Source: Chlorokybus atmophyticus (Eukaryota > Plantae > Mesostigma and Chlorokybus algae). From it: a DNA stretch of 63,712 nt. The notes under the pieces were generated by a model. That model ran no database searches. It saw only the letters and a program-made list of their open reading frames with translations, and was not told the DNA's origin. Shown here in pieces: positions 11,101-20,976 of the stretch; position 1 is the first letter of the stretch, and each line of letters opens with the position of its first letter. The position numbers and the translations under genes were made by a program. The DNA is taken from contig RHPI01003369.1 in NCBI GenBank assembly GCA_009103225.1, forward strand, positions 627,500 to 691,211, read 5' to 3'.

Positions 11101-12364
11101 CACACTGAGCTTGGACACTTTGATGTCAAGCGCACAGTCAGTCTAGTGAGAGCACAATATTGGTGGTATGGATTAACAAAACAGGTGCAAAGGTTCGTCA
11201 GCCACTGCCAGCAGTGTGACATGGTGCGCGCCAGCCTCAACACGCGCAGCGCCACCTTGCACCCACTCCCCATCTCCGGTCTCTTTTACCGATGGGGACT
11301 CGACATCTTGGGGGACTTGGCACCCTCAGCACGTGGCAACCGTTACATCCTGGTTATGATTGAGCACTTCTCCAAATGGGTGGAGCTGGTGCCATTACCC
11401 GACAAGAGCAGCAGGGGGGTGTCTCAAGCCTTCCTCTCTCACGTTCTCAGCCGCTTTGGCAGCTGCGCCGAGGTCATCACCGACCAAGGTACTGAGTTCT
11501 GAGGGGAATTCGACACCCTCTTGGACAAATGTTACATCGACCACCGCCGTACCCTCGCGTGATCACCCTTAAGCCGACGGCCTCGCCGAGCGGACGGTAC
11601 AGACCATCAAGAAGGCACTCCGCAAATACGTGTTGGAGTACAAGAAGGACACTTGGGATGACCACCTCCCATGGGTGGCCCTTGGATATCGGTTGTCAAA
11701 ACAGGCGGCTCTGCGGGAGTACAGCCCGTACTACTTGCTGTTTGGGCGACCACCATTGCTCCCCTTCCGTGCGCAACAGGAGGTGGATAGCGTCGTGAAC
11801 AACCTCGACGACCCTGACTGGATGCACCACGACATCACCACGCGCGCCGCACTTTTCGAGCGCACCGTCCCCATGGCCTTCAACAATCAACGCATCGCGC
11901 AGCATCGCAACACGCTGCGCTACGAGCGCGTACGCAGCGGCTTTTACAAGGAGCGCCAACGGCGATTCCAAGCGGGGGACTTTGCCTATCGCATGGCAGC
12001 CACCAAAGACACGCTTGACACCTCCGTAGGCCGCACCGTCTACAAGGTACTCAAAGTGTACCCCACAGGGGTGCTGGACCTCCTTGGTCAAAACGGAGAA
12101 AGGTTGAAGGACAACATGGTGAACTGTGCGCCATGTCACCTCCCTTACGTAGCTGGCTTCGGGCGTATCCAGCACCCTCGTCCTGCGCGCAGCACCCGCT
12201 GTGAACACTGCGGCAGCGCCGGCGACGACGCACTTATGATGCTCTGCGATGGCTGCAACAAAGGCCTGCATTGCTACTGCCTGGAGCCACCTTTGAACAC
12301 GATACCTATGGAAGAATATTGGTGCGACGACTGCCGTACCAACGGCCCTCCTCACTTGCGCTAG
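8050..12364 (+). pseudogene. pol: Pol: DNMT3-like C5-methyltransferase, RT, RNase H, integrase, PHD; integrase core disrupted
   Basis: DNMT motifs LELFGGIG, DLLIAGWECQ, YVIENV, HRVRAKWTN, LVGRAM. RT motifs RMCGDYRPLN and YIDD. RNase H ILHTDWS...EGECLA. Integrase HTELGH/CQQC, WGLD, TDQGTEF. TGA at 11500-11502, an extra base near 11552, and TAA at 11570-11572 break the core. PHD at 12200-12334. Confidence 0.92.
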
Positions 12365-12401
12365 CAGCTGAGCTCTGGAGCTGGAACCTTCCCCAGAGCC
12401 C

Positions 12402-12409
12402 AGGGGGGG
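12402..12409 (+). promoter_or_regulatory. Polypurine tract-like AGGGGGGG
   Basis: Purine run just after the pol stop and directly before repeat B1. Confidence 0.6.
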
Positions 12410-12651
12410 TGGCTTGTTGACTCTGTATGCTACGGCACAGCATGTTCTTAGGGAAAACACCGACTCCATCTGCCCGTACTACCCAGCAGCAGCACCCCAG
12501 CTGCACGAAGCACTTGTCACCATGAGGGGGGAGGTCATCTTTCTGTTCTTGCTACGCGTCACCCAGGTGGCGCAGCAGCATGTCCAGCACAATATGGCTG
12601 TCCATGCAGCTGTCCGAGACAGCGTGACCCTCGACTCCCCTCGACCCGACA
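12409..12651 (+). repeat. Repeat B1 (243 bp)
   Basis: Colinear with 13244-13486 (offset 835); 6 substitutions; ends CCCGACA. Confidence 0.95.
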
Positions 12652-12653
12652 GC

Positions 12654-13257
12654 TGTCATGCCTATCGCCCAAGCATGCCAGTCGTCATCGGGCATGCCTA
12701 CAGCGAGACCCTCGCCCGGCTTACCAGCATGGCAACCCGCGCGCGCCTCTGACCAGTAGCTAGGTCATGTCCCTAGAGTAGCTCGTGACCATAGCCTGCA
12801 TAGGCACCGCGCGTAGCTGTTCAGTTGTGAGTTCAGTTATAAGTCCGGTTCTATATCGAGTGGGCATTTCCTGTGGAAATAGCCTCGATATGACCGTTAG
12901 CTTATGTTCTGGACAGTCATGAGTTGACTTGTATAAGTAGGCACAGTGTTCACCGGATCAGCTGGTGACACTGTAAGTGAGAAAGCTAAGAGCTTGTGAA
13001 GCGACTTGAACTACGAACACACCGTCCTGGTTCCCAAGAATCCCCTCACCGTGTGAGAGCCTGTGCATGTTCTTGTGCACTGTGCTTGTTCTTGCTGTGA
13101 GCTTTGTGTACTTGGTCGCGGTGTGCTTGTTGGCATCAGTCAGGGCATAGCATCCACGTGCTGCTTGCTCATTCACCTCACTTAACAGTGTAATTTCTCT
13201 CCCACTCACGCAAAGAACTGTGTAAACAGCACTACCCATAGTAGTGGCTTGTTGACT
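12654..13257 (+). repeat. Repeat A2 (604 bp)
   Basis: Copy of 2394-2997; begins TGTCATG two bases (GC) after B1. Confidence 0.95.
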
Positions 13258-13486
13258 CTGTATGCTACGGCACAGCATGTTCTTAGGGAAAACACCAACT
13301 CCATCTGCCCGTACTACCCAGCAGCAGCACCCCAGCTGCACGAAGCACTTGTCACCATCAGGGTGGAGGTCATCTTTTTGTTCTTGCTACGCGTCACCCA
13401 GGTGGCGCAGCAGCATGTCCAGCACAGTCTGGCTGTCCATGCAGCTGTCCGAGACAGCGTGACCCTCGACTCCCCTCGACCCGACA
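13244..13486 (+). repeat. Repeat B2 (243 bp), 3' terminal repeat
   Basis: Copy of B1; overlaps the A2 end by the 14-mer GTGGCTTGTTGACT; followed by TSD CACT. Confidence 0.95.
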
Positions 13487-14187
13487 CACTGGAGGCTGTG
13501 CATGAGGGTGTGGTATTTACATCGTATGTCATGTGCAAGATACTTGAGGATGTGCATGTGCAAGATAAAAGAACCCTAGCATGTGGCATTGACAGTGCAT
13601 CGTAACCCACCTTGGTTATGCCAGTCTTGTTTGGTCCCTTCAATCATGTCGCCGTGGTCGCAGCTGCTGGTGGGTCGAATGCTCTTGGAGGTAGTATTAT
13701 GGTGTGCCTTTTCCCACTCGGAGGGGAGCCCTCATAAGATATCGCTCAAGCCACTGTTGTCATTGGCTGTGCCTTTGGTAGGCATGGTGGGGTTTGACAC
13801 CAAGGACACCCCGCTGGCACCTTGCCCGCCCTATGCGAGCATGGGGCTTCATCCCGGACCTCGACCACAATGCCCACTACGCCCTTGGCAGCGCCGCCAA
13901 CGATCCACCAAACGCCACATACCCTCGGCATCACCGCCCTGTAAGGGCATAGCTTGGCGGAGCCATCAATAGTGTTTTCATGCGCAAGGACTGGCATTGC
14001 CAGCACTTGTCAATGTTACGAATTGCCATTGCCACTGTATAAAGGTACCATTGAAATGATACCTTTGTACAAAGGCATCTTCGAACTATTGAAACGGTAC
14101 AATCAAAATCTATGCAAACTCACCCCACCCTGGACATGCAATGGCTCGATCGTATTATAATAATAGTACGACGGAGCCGTCACGCCA

Positions 14188-17100
14188 GTGAATGGCGGCC
14201 AAGTTTCCTGCCTCTGGCATGCAAGGGTAGCGGCGGCGGCGTTGCGTGTTGATGGATATGATGATGCAGTTTACATTTGCGACACTTGTGTCGATGTTGG
14301 TAGTGAGATGGGAGTCCTTTATCCGTATTGCCACATGCGCTTTGCCACACGCAGCTCGGTCTACATGCACATTGTTAGCAGCAGGGTGTGCAAGCAAATC
14401 AAGCTGTATGTCGGCCAGCGTCCAGTACAGTATGATGCGGGTCATGTTGAACCGGGGAGTTCACTCCAGGATGCGCACATGCTTGATGCTGAAGCACCCA
14501 TTCAGGAGACACACGCACAGCAGCAACAGGAGGAGGAGGAAGTGAACGAGGGCTTTTAATGTGTGCGTTTGCCTAAGAAACCTATGGCACGCCAGCATGA
14601 AAGTGGAGGCGTCCCTTCGCATGTGTCGGAATATAGGTGGTATGGCTCGGAGCATGCTCTTGCAGTGACATTTGTGCAGTGCAACAATGGTGAAGGCCTG
14701 TCGGCCTCCAATATGGGGTGGATCATCAAGTGCATCCGAAATGCACACTTCCTGACGGAAGAGCTCTAGTGGGAGACCGGTGTGCATGTGGCCAGCTACC
14801 TCCGGACCAAAATTGCTTTCTCTTGGTCTGAGGAGTGTTCACGGTGTGCGGTGCATGTGTTCAACCATCAGAGCCATGTCACATATGCACATGCGAGTGT
14901 GCTGCCGTATCAGAACTACGTGACGGCTGACCTGCGCAAGCCTGCAGATCCTGAGGATCAGGACATCAGCGTCACATATATGGCGGCCAAGGTTTGTGAA
15001 ATGCGGTATTTAATTAATTTGAGGCCAGCATGGCTGTTAATGCTCTTGGTCGGAGCAGGTATGGCTCGCGCGGCTATATGGCAATCCACATGCCATTAAT
15101 GGCTTCAATCTCCAGTACAGTGGTAACGAGCACAGCTTTGGCCAACCTTCCACGTGCAATTGGTGGAAGGATGTTGAGGTGGATTTGAGGAGAGAGGTGG
15201 GGGAAGCGTCCTACTTGGCGCCTGCCATTCTGTACAATGACATGACCACGCTGGACAGCGCGGGCAAGCACTCTGGCTACCCTCCAATGACATCACTTGC
15301 CAACTACAGTTGAGACATGTATGCTAGCAACATGGGGGTTGATATGATAGCGCTTCTGCCGGTGGTTCACGCAGTGGCCAAGCATCCCACCTGGGCACAG
15401 GGCACGGAATCGTTCCCAATTTAAAAGCGTGAGATTTTTGATGACGCTTCAAATGTGGTGTTAGAGGATGTGAAGCGGGCGAGCTGGGAAGGTCTGCAGC
15501 TCATCGACCCGAATGGCATCGAGCGTTGTGTATTTCCCGCACTTGCCAACTACATCAGCGACTTGTAGGTAGTGGGCATGCATGGTTGTAACTAGATGCA
15601 GCCTGCCGGCAAACAGCTTATTGAGGATGTTGGCAGCGAAGCATCTGAGTTTGTCGTGTTGCAGGAAATTGCCACACTCGCACACACTGTGTCGGGCAAC
15701 CAAACACGACATCCTTGCGATGTTTGCCTCGTCACCAAATCAGATCTGTTGGAGATGGATGAGCACGCGGAATTGAGAACCGAGGCTTTCTACACACCAG
15801 CAATGCAACAGCTGCGGGCGGACTTGCATAGCGGTGTTGGGAATGCATGCCAGACAAACGAGGCTTTTAAAGAGCAGCACTTCATGCATGTCGAGGAGGT
15901 AATGGTTAAGTTACCGGCATTCTGCTGCCAAACCAAGCAATGTCGTTTGGCAGCAGAATGCACTGTGGGGGTGGCAACAATAGCGGGTGCCGGGAGCTGC
16001 TACTCTCGCCTTGCCCCTGACACAATGCATGTGCTGGGAAGCATCATTGACCACCTGCTTGCTGCTGTGTATGACACTGCGAAGGAACGCATGCGTGTAT
16101 CCATGAGACGGATTCTGCAGGCCAGGCACGTCTTTAGTGTTGCTTTTGTGTTGAATAAAAAGGCCAACGACACGTGCTCACAAGCAGACGTGCACAGGCT
16201 GAATGCATACAAGGCGATTCTACGGGTCTCGCACTTCAAGGCACCCACAAGCACAGTAGATTCCTTCATGTCCTGCCACTCTTTTGTAATGGTGGGGAAA
16301 ATGGCGGTGCTGCAGCTGCTGCCGGTCCTTGCAGACGGTTTGCTGCTCGACAGTGAGGGCAACGATTCGTTCACCATTCATGCCGCATCGCTTGTTCAGT
16401 GGAACAAGAAGTTGCTCAAGGCGCATGAACACACAAGATCCCTGACTACAGCCGACAATAAGCTGGCTGCCTTTAAATCTGCTGTGCTGCAGCCGCTACT
16501 GTCGCCATATTCTGCACAGAAGTCAGGTTGGAAGATCGAGAAGATACATCAGCTCACTCTTTGTGGGCCGGCAATTGTCAGCAATGGACACCCAGATTGG
16601 TTCAGCGCCAACCGCATGGAGCAGACGCACGCCAAAAATATCAAATAGTGGGCGCGTGGTGGCAACAACAGGGACTACCAGGTGCGTATCCTGAAGGCAT
16701 GGAGCTGTGCGGAATATGTGAGAGAGGATGGCATGGTCGTGGATCCCGAGATGCGCTCGGTCATGGCGCAGGCGCGACAGCAGTGCTGTAATGTAATGGA
16801 GAAGACGGACAAGTTGCTGACAAGGAGGAAGTCCAGCCCGTACTGGAGCGGATCTGCGCGTAGCCAAGTCGCCCTAAAGACTCCATTCGCCAACAAGCTG
16901 CCTGCCACCCTGGACAGCTGGTTGAGGAAGGAACAACTGGAGTTGGCCGACGGGTGGCGTGCTGTTTGCGTGGTGAACGGAGGCGTAGCGGTGTACATGA
17001 CATCAGGAGTCAGCATGGCGCGCGCAACTGGGATGTTTCATGGGCGGCCTTGGTTCTCTACACTTGAGCTAGAAGGTGATGAGCGCGGTGTGAACGTGAC

Positions 17101-17373
17101 GTGGTGGGGTTAGGCACTCCTTTTTTTTGCGCTTGGTGGTGTGGTAGCGGGTGGTAGCGACGAGCGCGTGTGAAAGGAGGTCGTGCTTGTCCGCTGGTAT
17201 ACGAAGCTGGACGTGAGGAGCGACACAAAGTGCATTGCTCTAAAATGGGAAAAGCGTCGAGGGGGTCCACATCTGAATGTCGTAACTCTACAGCAAATAA
17301 AAGGCATTGTCCAGCTGCTCGCCATGCTTGACAAGGACAGCGCCCGTGTACAAGAGGGCACAAGTATTGGGTG
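14188..17373 (+). pseudogene. Decayed Plavaka-family transposase with a 67-nt intron (14992-15058)
   Basis: After splicing: K|VWLARLYGNP...TCNWWKDVE...LAPAILYNDMTTLDSAGKHSGYPPMTSLANY. Later motifs: LIDPNGIERCVFPALANYISDL, HPCDVCLV, PDTMHVL, FSANRMEQTHAK, RATGMFHGRPWF, VLVRWY. There is also a degenerate N-terminal C2H2 (YPYCHMRF...MH). Many in-frame stops. Confidence 0.75.
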
Positions 17374-20251
17374 AACGTTTACCGCACTGCCACGTGACAC
17401 ATGTACTTGTCTCACTATTCTGAATTTAGAGCATACCAATCAGTTAGGCATTGCTAATCGTATGCTAAGAGTTTTGCATGTGGACGTGTACAATACCGGG
17501 CAGCTGTCACTGCACAACTGTTACCATAGTCGAATATTGAATGCAACATTTGATAATAAGTTAACTGTGTGGCGTTAAGCCTGTGAATACAGTGCACCAC
17601 ACTCAAGCCTCTAGTTCCATGACACCGTGTGACGTGAGGGTAGTCACAGCGCATATCCATTGTTTCAAGCATGAGACGCCCTATGCACTCCGCCATTGCC
17701 GGAGGAACTGCATTCGCTATGGTAAACGGCCAAGGTCATCCATGGCACTCCCAGCATTGTTTGCTATGCAGCAATGCCGTTCCTGGTGCTTGAAAGGCCA
17801 TAGATTAGGTACATTTGCTGTTGCGCGTTTGGTGTCACAATTGTCTTTTTTGCGCTAGCGGACAGGTGCGGTGTTAGCAGTCCAACCGCCTTGCTCGCGT
17901 GCGAGCAGCGTGCTGGTGGGGTAGCTACCGCTGGCTGTGTCTCAAACAGACGATGTTGAAAGGTTGATAGGCCAAACATCGTGCCACAAAGGGACAAATT
18001 GGGTCTGAATGAAGAAGCTGCTCCTGGCACATTCGTAATCACGAACTTGGCCTGGCTTACAAGCAGCAGATGTCGGACGAGCGATAGCATACCTTGGTGC
18101 CTCCAGAATGTGCCATGTGCCGCCCGTTGAGGTGTCGGGATAGCACCTGAATAGGCCTGGCATGGTGGACTTGCCTATATGAGCTCGTACTTGCTCAGTT
18201 CTGTTGCACTCAGGGTGCATACATCATGGTGTATGAAGGGCAGCGGGTACTCAAAAGAAGGACTTATGTCCGGTCACATCAAAGCCTGCGTGAAATAGAC
18301 CGATACTGGCACCGCCACCGCCGCATAATAGGTTGAGTGCCTTTAATCTGCACGTGCGTCCAAGCTTGTTATTAAATTGCGTGTATGTGGTCAAGGCTGG
18401 CCGTGGTGCTGGCCAGGGACTAACAATGATGCCGTCATGGCTTACTTTGCGACTGACCTTCTCCCCTCCGGCGCGCAGAATATGGCGTGCACATGAACTG
18501 ATGTGTACGCGAATACGTTGTGCCCCTTGAAGTTGATGGTTTGTGGTCGATCACCGTCACAAATACTATACGGTGCTGCCCTGCAAAGACACTTTCCATT
18601 GCACCATGCATATTTGATCAGTCCTCAATCTCGCATGCCACGAAGCGATGCTGACCTGACGCTTGCTTGAATGATTCCACAACGCCCGCATACCATTCCC
18701 CAACCAGCGGCCAATGCACCATGACACTTACACCGATCAGCTGCTCACATCCCAACTTAACTGCGTTCCGCAGCCGATGCAGTGCGCTGTCAAACGGTCA
18801 ATAGTCTGCCTCCTCTACATCTGCCAGGGGGTGGAGCTGCCCACGCCCACACCGTGGAAGACTGCTCTGAATGCGACAACAGCTTCAACATGCATGACAC
18901 TAGCATACGCCCAACATAACATGCAGTGATACGTCGCGGTCCACTCTGCCGAATTACCTCCACAGCATCCACCACCAGTCCACTAACCACATGTGCCGGT
19001 GTTGTCCATGTGAAGAAGCGCATGGGTTCCCCTCGCCACTCGAAGCATGAGGGCGAGCACGATACGCACACGCAATGGAGAAACTCGGGTTCCTTGCACA
19101 GCACTTTGCGGAGGCGGCAGCCAAACACGTCGACATTGTGTGTGGTGTGATGCCAGCAAGCATTAAAACCGTGGCACACTATCTGCACTCGCTAGCATTT
19201 GGTCAAGTGTGCTCGCATTTGTTGTCTACGGCCATTGACACATACGTACGCATTGCATTGTGGGCATACCAAGCATGGACTTTCAGGTGAGGGGGATTCC
19301 ACTGCTGCCAATATCATGCGAAATATGAGTCGGCACGGCTGCCCACAAACTGAGCGAGACTTTATGGTGTGGGCATTTATTTGGGGATGCCAGCTTACGA
19401 ACCCTAAATGGGTCACACTTCAAGTGAAGCACGACTGTACCATGGACGCTATCGCAGTACCATGCATGGTACTACATCAACATGAATGGTATTTCATGTA
19501 TTAGTGGTACTACAGTACAAGGATACTCGCATACTACTACGATCGTAGAGTGATACTGTGCTGTCATGCCATGGAACCCAGAGCGCTGTCTGAGTCTGTT
19601 GCTGTCAACCACGCTCTGAACCAGCGAGGTATGCAAGCCATGCACTGACTCATGCGCCGGGCAGTCATCATACACATGTACAGCCAATGCTTCTGACAAC
19701 AGCAGATCTCGGGTGCACCATGCACCATGCTGCAACTATACATGTATCTACATAGTTAACAGGAAGCCAACACAAAACTACAATACATGCACAATTAGCA
19801 TTAAGACGGGGGCCAAATTACCGCCGACACGTTGGCGTCTTGCATCAGGCGTGGCGCCAAAAACGGGTGAGGTTGCTTGCAGAAGGGACACGCTTATAGA
19901 TTCTTTGATTTATTTGCCACAGTCTTCTGATATGCTATGATGCAGACATGGCACATCGCTTTCTTGCAACGGAGCGTCTCCCCATCCGCTGGAGGGGGTG
20001 GCTCTTCAATGCGACAAATCAGCACGCATGGTGCACGCAGGTGTGCAAGCTGCCTCCGCCACGAAACTCTGTTATCGCGTTGCAGGCGTAGCAACTCCCA
20101 CCTAAATGGCGCAGCATGACGCTCCACTGCCAGCTTGATCACCTGTTGCCCATCTGCCGCCATACACCACCTGCTGGTCTTGGTGGTGTCGTCCAGCATG
20201 CGTTCATCCAGGCCCTTGACATGGCTGTCGTCACTCGTGTACTCCCCCGCA

Positions 20252-20653
20252 TGTTGAAGATATTCCTACATTCGGTCAGCCTGCCCTGCATACAAGAGAG
20301 AAGAGAAGGGACCTCGATGGGAGGACCTCGAAGACTCCGGACATGAAGGTCCTGGCGCGGACTGCAGAGAAGTGTCCTAGGAGAATCGTCATATCTCCTA
20401 GGATACTCAGTCTTATAGGACATGGCATAGCTTGTTGGAAAGCTTATCAAGTTAGCTACGTGGCACATCTTACAGCGTAGGATTCGGTTCAGTAGATCGG
20501 ACGCTGTTGCATGTAGACCAGCAGTGTGTACAAACTGTGTACTGACTGGCGGGTATATGACCCCGCGGTTTGTTGGTAATAAATCGGGAAGTGTGTTGCC
20601 TTCTCCTGTGTGTCATTGCTTGCCCTCTTCACTTGCATGCTTGCTTCTCAACA
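20252..20653 (+). repeat. Copia 5' LTR
   Basis: TG...CA; direct repeat of 24912-25313. Confidence 0.97.
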
Positions 20654-20976
20654 GGTTATGGGCCCACACTACGCGTGAAGAGTGTAAGAAAGAGAAAGAA
20701 AGCGAAGTGAAGAAAAGTGACAAAGTGCATTGAAGTGAAGATCGAAGTCACTCAAGACTGAAGAGTGAAGAGAAGACCGAAGTCACTCAAGACTGAAGGC
20801 GCTGAAGAGTGAAGTGAAGACCGAAGTCATTCAAGACCGAAGTCATTGAAGTCACTGAAGAGTGAAGTGTAGGTTAAAGTTACTGAAGTCAACAAAGTCA
20901 CTCAAGTCACAACACGTGAAGATTATCAAAGCAAGTCTCAAGTGCTAACTGCAAGAAGAAAGCAGGCGCGGCAAAG

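Larger units (their letters stand above)
2394..13486 (+). mobile_element. Ty3/Gypsy-type retrotransposon carrying a DNA methyltransferase and PHD finger, with split direct repeats (A1-internal-B1-A2-B2)
   Basis: Starts TGTCATG (2394) and ends CCCGACA (13486). CACT flanks both sides (2390-2393, 13487-13490). Domain order is Gag, PR, DNMT, RT, RH, IN, PHD; RT-RH-IN is the Gypsy order. Confidence 0.93.

Noticed and set aside
11696-12469. Long antisense ORFs over gag/pol (also 5002-5736, 7129-7812)
   Set aside because: Explained as shadows of GC-rich sense-strand codon usage; no env-like or other domain seen.
2394-13486. Classifying the element as DIRS/PAT/Ngaro because of split repeats and a methyltransferase
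   Set aside because: No tyrosine recombinase motif was seen. The RT is Gypsy-type, a DDE integrase is present, there is a TSD, and the MTase is C5-cytosine rather than N6-adenine type.
12654-13486. A2-B2 as an independent solo LTR inserted next to a truncated element
   Set aside because: There is no TSD around A2-B2 (left flank is GC after B1). The CACT after B2 matches the flank of A1 11 kb away, and A1 is followed directly by the PBS with no trace of B. This is disfavoured but not formally excluded without other copies.
19400-19560. Possible Ulp1-like protease fragment (IAVPCMVLHQHEWYF)
   Set aside because: Resemblance is weak, no catalytic Cys motif was found, and the opposite strand has better-supported RING/Tudor remnants.
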